This document shows, in pieces, positions 9,183 to 16,854 of a stretch of DNA of 36,490 nucleotides. The stretch's first letter is position 1; every line of letters starts with the position of its first letter. The position numbers were made by a program, and so were the translations under genes. The DNA lies in NCBI GenBank assembly GCA_016187365.1, contig JACPJX010000024.1, positions 1-36,490 of the forward strand, written 5' to 3'. This DNA is from Candidatus Aenigmatarchaeota archaeon. GTDB lineage: Archaea; Aenigmatarchaeota; Aenigmatarchaeia; GW2011-AR5. The notes beneath the pieces were generated by a model that searched no databases, had not been told where the DNA came from, and saw only the letters and a program-made list of their open reading frames with translations.

Positions 9183-9242
9183 CACAGGAATTCAGTTTAA
9201 TACTAGACCTTCAGGTCGTTCATGCTATACCGAATTCCTGTG
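9183..9242. repeat. perfect 11-bp inverted repeat (CACAGGAATTC ... GAATTCCTGTG) with a 38-nt loop containing a nested GACC-TTCA-GGTC hairpin
   Basis: Read directly: arms at 9183-9193 and 9232-9242. It lies between two convergent genes. Confidence 0.6.
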
Positions 9243-9272
9243 GAAATGCCTCTGGTTTTAGCCAGAAGATGT

Positions 9273-9479
9273 TCACCCTATGTAATCCTCTTCTTTGCCG
9301 TCATCTTTTTCGTTTTCTTCCGTTGTTTCTTCTTCAACTACTTCATCTTTGACTGCCTTTGCCTTTTTCCGCCTTATCCTTTCAACGGGGCCTAAGTATT
9401 CCGATGTGACCTTTCCGCCTCTCCTTATCGACTTATAGTAGTATTTCCTTCCGTTTATAGTCTTGACGTGCCTGTTCAT
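9273..9479 (-). CDS. hypothetical small protein, basic N-terminal half and acidic C-terminal tail
   Basis: 68 aa: MNRHVKTINGRKYYYKSIRRGGKVTSEYLGP... followed by VVEEETTEENEKDDGKEEDYIG. Starts 27 nt downstream of the polB stop on the same strand, with a TTTATA-like box in the gap. Confidence 0.5.
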   Translation of the reverse strand: MNRHVKTINGRKYYYKSIRRGGKVTSEYLGPVERIRRKKAKAVKDEVVEEETTEENEKDDGKEEDYIG

Positions 9480-9506
9480 AGAATTATTCTGGCACGGCAG
9501 TATAAA

Positions 9507-12500
9507 TTACTTAATTATGAGCTTTTTTCCGGTGCTGCCATGATATCCGAACAGGAGTTCGCCGCCGCACTCGCATAAGCCGCGCAACGGCATCCTCTGG
9601 TATGACTTGCTGCATTTCGAGCACAAGATTTCCTCCCAGTTGCTCAGCGGCTGCTCTTTTTTGTAGTCGACGGTTATCTCGTGCTTCATTTTGCGCTTTG
9701 CCCCTGTGAGTATGTCGCTGATGCTTGACTGCCTGCCCCCGCCAAGAAGTTCGCTCCTCTCGACGCCGACGGCGTTCAGTATCCTTTCCACCGGCGGGAG
9801 GAGCTGGCTGGATATGTAATAATCCGAGTCGATCTGCATCCCTTTCTCCCTCGCATATTTCGGGTCCTCCGCGCGCTTGGAAAGCAGGTGGTTGTTGCCC
9901 TTTATTATGACGAATCCTATCCTGTCGCCTATCTTCGGCGCGTCGTACGGGTTCCTCATTGCGAGCTTCTTCGCGACTTCTATGTGCGGCAGGATGCCGC
10001 CGTAGCTTTCCGGGCTCTTCGTGAGCCCCTTAATCACTGTCAGCTTCTCCAGCGGCATGTCGCCGCGCCTGAGATGCTCCAGCGTATTCTTGACCTCATT
10101 CATGGCCATCTGGATGTCACCCTCCTTGAGCATTATGTTTATGACCTTCATCATTACCTCGCTTACGAGGGGGCACCAGTCGCGGCGGACTGTTTCTATG
10201 CCCTTCATTTCTATGCTGTCCTTCCATGCCTCCCCGGTGTGCTCAAACTTCCATCCGGCGTACCTTTTCTTCGTGAGTATGAGGAACGTCTTGTATATCT
10301 TCTCGAACTGGAGTTCCAGATGCCCTTCTAGTTTTGAGGTGACGAATGCCGCTATCTCCTCGCCGAGCTTCCTGGCGTCGTCAAGGTTGTTCGTGTCCGT
10401 CTTCACGAATATCGAATCGGTGTCGCCGTAGACGGTCTTCGCCTGGAAGTTCTGCTCCACAAGGTCCCTTGTTTTTATTATATTCTCCCTGCCGTATGCG
10501 GTTATGCTTCCTGCGACGTCGACCATGTAAAGCCTCGCGCGTATATAGCCTGTGTATCCGTAGAACGAATTATGCAAAACCATGCCCTGTGCTGTTACGA
10601 ACATCTCGGTGTCCCTTACAGACAAATCATAGACATATTCAGAAGGCTTGGCCTTGGATATGCTGGGCTGCTGACCAAATAAGTCTCCTGATGCTATTTT
10701 CTTGCCATGGGAAGTTTTTCTTTTTGATATGCGGTACAGGCCGTCAAAGGAATTGTTCTGGACTCCTCCAAAGTCTTTTATCATTACATTTAACTGGGCT
10801 GCGAGTCTTTTGCTTGTGGTGTTCATACGGTGCACATTCTTATTGCCGTCGCCTCTGTAATATCCTTCAAGAAAGGCTTTGCGCACCGAGCTGTTTGAAT
10901 TCAAAATAAAATCAGGCACTTTCTTGGCATAGGAAGACTCGCCGCAGTTATACCTGAAAAACAGGTACAGCAATTTCATGCCCATTGTTATATCCTTATT
11001 GAATACACTGGCGTCATAGCCAAAGCATTTTTTAATCAGATGCTTTATTCGCTGCACATTTTCCTTGTCCTTGTTTGCTATTGCTGCTTTGAATGAGCCT
11101 TTTCTTTTGTGGGTGCTGCCTTCGGCCACGAACCATCCCAACAATTCTGCAAGCTCCTCATCAACGGGCTTTGCGGCCGCAGGTATTTTTCTGCGACCCT
11201 GATGCGCTCCCCCGACTGCAATAAAGGCGCGTTTCCTGATAAATTCAGGTATTCTTCCGACTTCTGTTATGGGGAGTGTGTAATAATCAGGCTCTTCGCC
11301 GGCAGCTGAAAATCTTTCGTAAAATTGAGGCAAGTCCTCGCCATCCTCTGTTATATCATATACCGGAACCATGCCACAGTTCCCGACGGTTGTTAAGCCG
11401 CTCCTGTTTATCAGATGTCCTTCCGAGCTTCTTATGATGCGCCTCTCGACATATTTCTGGAGGCTGGCAGAATCGGCGGGCCATTTTACGGAAGAAATCA
11501 TTTTTGCCCTGTTTTTTAGCCAGTTTTTCTTGTTGAGATTCAGGCTCTTTGGAACGTATAAACGAACATCCGATGTCTCCTCTTCTGGAAGCGACTTCAA
11601 AAATTCTATCCAGTCAAATTCTATTTTCTGTTCAGGCAGCGAAACCCTGCTTACCTGCGCAATAATATCATTTTCAGAAATATCTCTGCCACCCCTTTCG
11701 GCCAGTTTGTGAAACGTGCTTTTTTGCTTCCGGTTTGAAGATATGCCTTTCATCACCATAACGCTATGGTCGTCCGTTATCATCGCCTCAGCCATCGGGG
11801 TTTTTATTCTGGTCAAATCACCCTTGCTTTTATGGCGTGATATCGCGTACATCGGCTTAAAACACGATTTGTTGTGTTTCACTGAGAGTGTTTCCCATCC
11901 GGAAAGCTCTATCACCTCTGTATCGCCTAAATCTATAATCTCGTGTTTTTTTGACATATCTTCAAAAAGTTCCTCTATCTCATAAATCTGCAATTTGCCG
12001 TCGGGTCTTTTGACAACAATATCCGTATCTGCGTGCACACTGTTCGACATGTCCTTTATTGCAAGCTGCTTGGCATTCAGTATCCTTTTCATGTCCCCTG
12101 CCGCGCCTTTCATCTGCTTTCTGACAGCGGATCTGGCGTCCATGAGCGTTGACAGTATGTCTGAAAGAATTCCTGACCTGACAGAGGGCTTCACGAAGTG
12201 CGCACCACTAGGCGACGAATAACATTCCATGAGCGGCTCCCTGAGGACGGTTTCCGGCGATATGTTGAAAGTCCTCATTATGCTAGGGTACAAACTCTTG
12301 AAATCGAGGACAAGGATGCAGCCGTCGGCATGCAACCCTTTCTCCGGCTCCATGACGGTGGCGCCCTTGAGGCCGTGCTCCTCCCTTTCCCTCGCCCTCC
12401 TTGCGATCTCGCCTTTTGACGGGGCGGGCGGCATCACGTATCCCCTTTTCCTGAATTCATGAAGGACCATCGTCTCCACGCGCTTCGACTGGCCGCCGAA

Positions 12501-13655
12501 AAGGTCCTGCAGGAGAAGGCCTGAAATCTTCGCGAGCTCCATGAATTTGTCCAGCATGCCTTTCTCAACGACGAGCCTGAGCGACAGGTCGGCGTCTTTC
12601 CTTGCGTATTCAAGGAATTCCATAATCTGTTCTTTGCTCCCGTTCCACATCCCCGCCATCTGGCCATACTCGACATCACGCTTTTCGTCGCCAAGCAAAG
12701 CCTTTGCAACTGTATTCAGGTCGTATCTGGGAAACTTGAGCCATGGGTCCCTCTTCAATATCTGGTACGGATCGACAACAACCCTTCCGGGCACTATAAA
12801 TTCCTGCATCGTGCCAAACGTTTTCCCGAACGACTGTTTGTCGGACCTGCCGAAATTCGCCGGTATCTTGTTGGCCCTGAACCTTTCGAGGAGATACGGA
12901 AAATCGAAGGCGTTTATATTGTACCCCGTCATCACATCGGGATCGTATTCTTCTATCGTCCTTGCGAACTCTTCAAGCATCTCCTTTTCCGAGGAAAATC
13001 CCCTGGCGTCCTGGTGATGAAAGTTCTTGGCCAGAAACACCATAGTCTTTTTCCCCCTGAATTCCGGCCTGAAAGACATTGATATTATTATCACCGGGTC
13101 GTTCTTTGAGTCAAGCGATTTTGTCGGGTCAGACGGCAGGCATTCGATGTCTATCGACATGTATCTCAGCGGGGCATTGTCCTGCCTTTCCACCGCCTTT
13201 ATGTCGTCTGCGCTGAAAGACTGGACTTTCACGGTACTGGTCCTGACTTTCTCGCCGCTGAATTCCACCCACCTCATTCCGTACAGCCCCCTGTCCACCA
13301 TGAACCTGTACTTGAACAGTATGTCAGCCTCGTATACGCCTTTTGAATGCTGCAACAGGGACTCTCTCACAGCCGGGACGTCCTGTGGGTTGCTGAGCGT
13401 CACTTTCAGCATTTTTGTCTTGCTATCCCTGTACCCCAGAGGCTCGAATTTCTCGTCTTCCTCTATCCGCCTTATTTCCTTCATGCCCTTCACCCTGCTT
13501 TCAGTGCCTTCACTGGGCACTATGTAAAAATACGGCATGAATTTGTCATGAAAAATGCACACGGTGCCGCCGCTCTCTGTTTTTGCAAATATCCTTATGA
13601 CCGGCTTGCCGCTGTTCATGAAGTAATCAACGTCAAGTATCTGGGCCTGCATCAT
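9507..13655 (-). CDS. polB: family-B DNA polymerase (PolB) precursor with one intein and a C-terminal 4-Cys extension
   Basis: Exo I SIDIECLP, Exo II GYNINAFDFPYL, Exo III EYARKDADLSL. Motif A LDFKSLYPSI. Motif B is split as KQLAIKDMSN / SFYGYTGY. Motif C VYGDTDSIFV. 1382 aa. Confidence 0.95.
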   Translation of the reverse strand: MMQAQILDVDYFMNSGKPVIRIFAKTESGGTVCIFHDKFMPYFYIVPSEGTESRVKGMKEIRRIEEDEKFEPLGYRDSKTKMLKVTLSNPQDVPAVRESLLQHSKGVYEADILFKYRFMVDRGLYGMRWVEFSGEKVRTSTVKVQSFSADDIKAVERQDNAPLRYMSIDIECLPSDPTKSLDSKNDPVIIISMSFRPEFRGKKTMVFLAKNFHHQDARGFSSEKEMLEEFARTIEEYDPDVMTGYNINAFDFPYLLERFRANKIPANFGRSDKQSFGKTFGTMQEFIVPGRVVVDPYQILKRDPWLKFPRYDLNTVAKALLGDEKRDVEYGQMAGMWNGSKEQIMEFLEYARKDADLSLRLVVEKGMLDKFMELAKISGLLLQDLFGGQSKRVETMVLHEFRKRGYVMPPAPSKGEIARRAREREEHGLKGATVMEPEKGLHADGCILVLDFKSLYPSIMRTFNISPETVLREPLMECYSSPSGAHFVKPSVRSGILSDILSTLMDARSAVRKQMKGAAGDMKRILNAKQLAIKDMSNSVHADTDIVVKRPDGKLQIYEIEELFEDMSKKHEIIDLGDTEVIELSGWETLSVKHNKSCFKPMYAISRHKSKGDLTRIKTPMAEAMITDDHSVMVMKGISSNRKQKSTFHKLAERGGRDISENDIIAQVSRVSLPEQKIEFDWIEFLKSLPEEETSDVRLYVPKSLNLNKKNWLKNRAKMISSVKWPADSASLQKYVERRIIRSSEGHLINRSGLTTVGNCGMVPVYDITEDGEDLPQFYERFSAAGEEPDYYTLPITEVGRIPEFIRKRAFIAVGGAHQGRRKIPAAAKPVDEELAELLGWFVAEGSTHKRKGSFKAAIANKDKENVQRIKHLIKKCFGYDASVFNKDITMGMKLLYLFFRYNCGESSYAKKVPDFILNSNSSVRKAFLEGYYRGDGNKNVHRMNTTSKRLAAQLNVMIKDFGGVQNNSFDGLYRISKRKTSHGKKIASGDLFGQQPSISKAKPSEYVYDLSVRDTEMFVTAQGMVLHNSFYGYTGYIRARLYMVDVAGSITAYGRENIIKTRDLVEQNFQAKTVYGDTDSIFVKTDTNNLDDARKLGEEIAAFVTSKLEGHLELQFEKIYKTFLILTKKRYAGWKFEHTGEAWKDSIEMKGIETVRRDWCPLVSEVMMKVINIMLKEGDIQMAMNEVKNTLEHLRRGDMPLEKLTVIKGLTKSPESYGGILPHIEVAKKLAMRNPYDAPKIGDRIGFVIIKGNNHLLSKRAEDPKYAREKGMQIDSDYYISSQLLPPVERILNAVGVERSELLGGGRQSSISDILTGAKRKMKHEITVDYKKEQPLSNWEEILCSKCSKSYQRMPLRGLCECGGELLFGYHGSTGKKLIIK
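10569..12041 (-). mobile_element. intein (491 aa) with LAGLIDADG homing-endonuclease domain, inserted in PolB motif B (pol-b site)
   Basis: Begins SVHADTD (Ser1), has block-B-like ITDDH, and ends MVLHN followed by the +1 Ser of SFYGY. Removing it restores K...NSFYGY. Two LAGLIDADG motifs: LAELLGWFVAEGS and AFLEGYYRGDGNK. The stretch is visibly more AT-rich than the flanking extein DNA. Confidence 0.85.
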
Positions 13656-14743
13656 TCCACCTTCGCAAATTCAGCAACCCGGCTTGAGAAATCCACTACG
13701 ACGGGCCTGAAATCCGACATAATAGAGCCGGAGTTGACGATTGTCACGGACTTGTAATTCGTTATGCCGGGCACGTGGCTGTGGCCTATATGGACGATGT
13801 CCGGGACCTCTTCGATGACCATGAAATCTTCCGGTATTATTGCGGAGGGCCTTCCCATATGCCTTTTTTTCAGCATATCGTGCGGCGCCTTGTGCATCAT
13901 CAGCACCTTTATCCCGTTTATTTCTATCATGGCCGGATTGCTCACTGAAACTATGTTTTTTTCCCTGAAATCCAGGGGCATCTGGGGGCATCCTTCCGAG
14001 TCCCTTTCCCCGGGACACGCGTAAAAATTCTTCGATGGCATCCTTTTTGCGAATTTCTCCAGTTCCGCTGGGGCCCCTATGTCGCCGGCGACAAAAAGAT
14101 TTTTTATGTCGCTTCTTTCAAACCATGAGAAGAACCTGTCGGCATCGCTTTCGGGCGCCTCGTCTAGATGCAGGTCAGAGACGAAGCATGCTTTTCCGCG
14201 GCCTTTGGCCGGCGTTCTTATCGGTATGTCCGGAAACAGGACTTCCTTGCCGAAAAGAACCTTCCCTCCTGTTACCACGCGCATTGCGACCACGTCATCT
14301 ATTTCTACTCCTTCGGCATCCTTTGGCTCGAATATCACGGGGACATTTGTCGTCATGTCCTCGACATCGAGTATTTTCCTCCCTTCGTCTTCCTTTATTT
14401 CGCGCACTATTCCTATGATGCACGCGTCATTGCGCATCGAATCAATCTTGTTCAGGGATATGAAATCCTTCTGGATCCTTGCAAGTATTACACCCTTCAT
14501 TTTCTCGTACTTCGACGTGTAAAATTTCACGAAATCCTCCGTCGTGATTTCGCTTTTTCTGGACTGAAAATTTTTTATCACCTTTATCCTGTCCTTCAGC
14601 ACAAAATTGCGGGCGTCGATGACAAAATCCCCCGAAACCACGTCAAAATCGTCGCTTGTTTTTGAAAGAAATTCCAGAGCATCTGGCGTGAGGAGAAATC
14701 CCCTGCGAAAATAGTCGTTCACGGTTTCCTGCATTTGCCACAC
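13652..14743 (-). CDS. dp1: DP1-like protein (DNA polymerase II/PolD small-subunit family: OB fold + calcineurin-like phosphoesterase)
   Basis: N-terminal FLLTPDALEFL helix region. OB-like ACIIGIVREI...ILDVEDMTTNVPVIF. PDE motifs FVSDLHLD, AGDIG, PGERD (in place of GNHD), MMHKA, IGHSHVP. GTG start at 14743 or ATG at 14734. The stop overlaps the polB ATG (ATGA at 13652-13655). Confidence 0.8.
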   Translation of the reverse strand: MWQMQETVNDYFRRGFLLTPDALEFLSKTSDDFDVVSGDFVIDARNFVLKDRIKVIKNFQSRKSEITTEDFVKFYTSKYEKMKGVILARIQKDFISLNKIDSMRNDACIIGIVREIKEDEGRKILDVEDMTTNVPVIFEPKDAEGVEIDDVVAMRVVTGGKVLFGKEVLFPDIPIRTPAKGRGKACFVSDLHLDEAPESDADRFFSWFERSDIKNLFVAGDIGAPAELEKFAKRMPSKNFYACPGERDSEGCPQMPLDFREKNIVSVSNPAMIEINGIKVLMMHKAPHDMLKKRHMGRPSAIIPEDFMVIEEVPDIVHIGHSHVPGITNYKSVTIVNSGSIMSDFRPVVVDFSSRVAEFAKVE

Positions 14744-14802
14744 CCGGTGTATCTATAGTTCCGCAAGGAAATAAAAGGGTATTATACCTTGCGAACTATC
14801 TG

Positions 14803-14970
14803 CAAAAGACAAAGTCTTTTGAGATGTCAAAGAGTAAACTCTTTGCACATATGTGAAACAAGTCATAATATGATGAATTATTTACTTGTTTCACTATAGT
14901 GTTACCGAAAGAATTTATAATGAAATCTCAAAAGAGCATCGCTCTTTTGCAGAAAGCCTCCGGCTTTTGC
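14803..14970. repeat. cluster of related short palindromes/hairpins in the cdc6-dp1 intergenic region
   Basis: CAAAAGAC-aaa-GTCTTTTG (14803-14821). CAAAGAG-taaa-CTCTTTG (14828-14845). GTGAAACAAGT-20 nt-ACTTGTTTCAC (14853-14894). CAAAAGAGC-atc-GCTCTTTTG (14929-14949). GCAGAAAGCC-tcc-GGCTTTTGC (14949-14970, one bulge). Confidence 0.7.
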
Positions 14971-14974
14971 AAAC

Positions 14975-16195
14975 TCAGGCGGAGAACCTTTCCGCAAGTA
15001 TTGCGTCAACCTTCTGGGCTGCGTTGTCGTTTATCGCGAGGCGTATCTCCCTCGTCCTTCCGTACCGCCCGTTGGATACCACCTTTGCGGTTATTATCCC
15101 CAGCATGTCGAGCTCTGCTATGAGATCACTTATCCTCCTCTGGGTCAGCGGCTTCATCCCGACAGAGGCGCATATGCCGGCATAGGCGTCGAACACGTCG
15201 CCGGTCAGCATCCTCCTGTCGGACCACTGCTTCTGCAGGGCCGTTTTCTGGCTGATCTTTATTATGGAATGGAGGACCGCCTGCGACTGCCTTGGCTGCG
15301 ACTTCACGGTCTCCACTATCCTGTCCATGTCTATCTTGTATTCCGCCATGTCGACATGCCTCTCTTCCACAATGCCGTCACCGAGCCTGTCTGCCATCTC
15401 GCCGGCAACCCTCAGAAGGTCGAGCGCCCTCCTCGCGTCACCGTGCTCCTGCGCGGCGAGCGCAGCGCACTTTCCAAGTACGGAGTCGCCGACGCTGCCG
15501 GTGGCAAACCCTGCAGATGCGCGCTCCTCCAGTATGTCCTTCAGCTGCGCGGCATTGTAAGGCTTGAATATTATCTCTTCTTCGGACAGCGATGATTTGA
15601 CCCTGAGGTCGAGGGCTTCCCTGAACGAGAGGTCGTTGGTTATGCCTATTATCATAATATGCGACTGCTTCAGTTCGGAATTTATCCTCGTGAGGTTGTA
15701 AAGGAAGTCGTCGCCTATTTTCCTGAACAGGGCGTCGATTTCATCAAGAACTATAATGACCTCGTTCTTTCCCGAGTCTATTTTCTCGAAGAATTTCCTG
15801 TAAAGGACGTCCGTCGGCAGGCCGGTGTCTGGGACAGTCTCGCCAAACTCCCTGAGCAACTGGGCAAAAAGCCTGTATTCGGTGTCGGCAATCTTTTTCA
15901 TCTTGCAGTTGATGTAGATCGGCTTTATGTCCCTTCCGTGGGTTCCCAGTATTTCCACAAGCTGGCCCAGGACGTATTTTGTGCATATCGTCTTGCCTGT
16001 TCCGCATGTCCCGTAGACGAAGATGTTGTTTGAATGGAACCCCTTGAGGACAGGTGCTATTATAGAACCCAGGATCTGTATTTCCTCGCCGCGGTGCTGT
16101 ATCCTTTCCGGCACAAAGTTTGAAGAAAGCGTTCTTTTATCGCGAAACACGCTGTGTTTTTGGATGTATTGTGAAAATATGTTCTGCTCATTCAT
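14975..16195 (-). CDS. cdc6: Orc1/Cdc6 replication initiator
   Basis: Walker A VYGTCGTGKT, Walker B IIVLDEID, an arginine-finger region, and a C-terminal winged helix (ISDLIAELDMLGIITAKV...GRYGRTREI). Confidence 0.95.
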   Translation of the reverse strand: MNEQNIFSQYIQKHSVFRDKRTLSSNFVPERIQHRGEEIQILGSIIAPVLKGFHSNNIFVYGTCGTGKTICTKYVLGQLVEILGTHGRDIKPIYINCKMKKIADTEYRLFAQLLREFGETVPDTGLPTDVLYRKFFEKIDSGKNEVIIVLDEIDALFRKIGDDFLYNLTRINSELKQSHIMIIGITNDLSFREALDLRVKSSLSEEEIIFKPYNAAQLKDILEERASAGFATGSVGDSVLGKCAALAAQEHGDARRALDLLRVAGEMADRLGDGIVEERHVDMAEYKIDMDRIVETVKSQPRQSQAVLHSIIKISQKTALQKQWSDRRMLTGDVFDAYAGICASVGMKPLTQRRISDLIAELDMLGIITAKVVSNGRYGRTREIRLAINDNAAQKVDAILAERFSA

Positions 16196-16232
16196 ACCAA
16201 CACCCCACCTACCGGCCAGACGTTACCCGGCA

Positions 16233-16240
16233 TTTTATAA
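16233..16240 (-). promoter_or_regulatory. TATA-box candidate for orc1/cdc6
   Basis: Minus-strand TTATAAAA lies about 38 nt upstream of the ATG at 16195, with a GGTGG-rich SD-like tract between them. Confidence 0.4.
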
Positions 16241-16306
16241 CCTTCAAAATCTGCAGAGGAACTGGTTCCTTTGTATAAAGCGCATCTTTTTGCAGATTTA
16301 CCCCGA

Positions 16307-16507
16307 TTTCAAATGGAACTTACCCATCTTTCCTGTGGAAATATCCTCCGTTTCTTCTGGAATAATTTTCAGGGTAGCACTATTTCTTCCGGCCGGTATT
16401 TAAACATTCTTTGTCTTGAAGAACTTCTTTTCAAAATATAGCATTGGGTGGTGGAAAGACCCCATTGTTTCATGTGGAACTGTAACCGATTGAAAGTTCT
16501 ATGGAAT
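16307..16507 (+). repeat. ORB/mini-ORB-like repeats
   Basis: TTTCAAATGGAAC (16307-16319). TTTCCTGTGGAAA (16329-16341, a perfect TTTCC-TGT-GGAAA dyad). GTGGTGGAAAG (16448-16458). TTTCATGTGGAAC (16468-16480). GTTCTATGGAAT (16496-16507). A related CTCCATGGGAAA lies at 16789-16800, beyond the AT-rich block. Confidence 0.5.
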
Positions 16508-16846
16508 ATGTAAAATAATTCCTCCCAAAACCAGAAAATTGTTCCGGGAAGGTCATGAAATACCCAATAAATGTTTTTAACCTACAAAAATTTTCAGTTT
16601 GCCATAACAACCACCCTAAAAATATTTTATGAAATATAAATGAAATAATATATTATAAAATTTCTATTATAATTATCATGAAAGTTTATATATCAGGCAT
16701 GTCAATAGAAGAAAAGAGAATATTTATTCTATTTATGGGAACGGAAAAAATTATCTATACAAAATCTCCCAGCCACAATCTACACGGCCTCCATGGGAAA
16801 TTATAGGGTGTCTGTGTTGCAATAAATTCGTTGTCGGTCGGATTGA

Positions 16847-16854
16847 TTTAAATA
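16847..16854 (+). promoter_or_regulatory. TATA-box candidate giving a leaderless transcript for the 262-aa orphan gene
   Basis: TTTAAATA is centred about 28 nt upstream of the ATG at 16878. No SD-like sequence lies between them. Confidence 0.4.

Noticed and set aside
8970-9185. 71-aa minus-strand ORF listed in the track
   Set aside because: Its Ala/Ser/Leu/Phe-rich translation is low complexity. The opposite strand encodes a family-like 58-aa protein with SD, TATA and terminator signals.
9725-13757. Many 60-190-aa plus-strand ORFs inside polB (e.g. 10346-10909, 12541-13017, 13027-13527)
   Set aside because: All are antisense to the PolB/intein reading frame and are Ser/Phe/Leu-rich shadows.
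14886-15185. 99-aa and 74-aa plus-strand ORFs starting in the cdc6-dp1 spacer
   Set aside because: They run antisense into the orc1/cdc6 C-terminus and begin within the hairpin cluster. Their translations have no motif.
16678-16806. 42-codon ORF (MKVYISGMSIEEKRIFILFMGTEK...) inside the AT-rich origin block
   Set aside because: It has no SD or promoter context and lies in the presumed unwinding element. Its AT-driven codon content makes a chance ORF likely.
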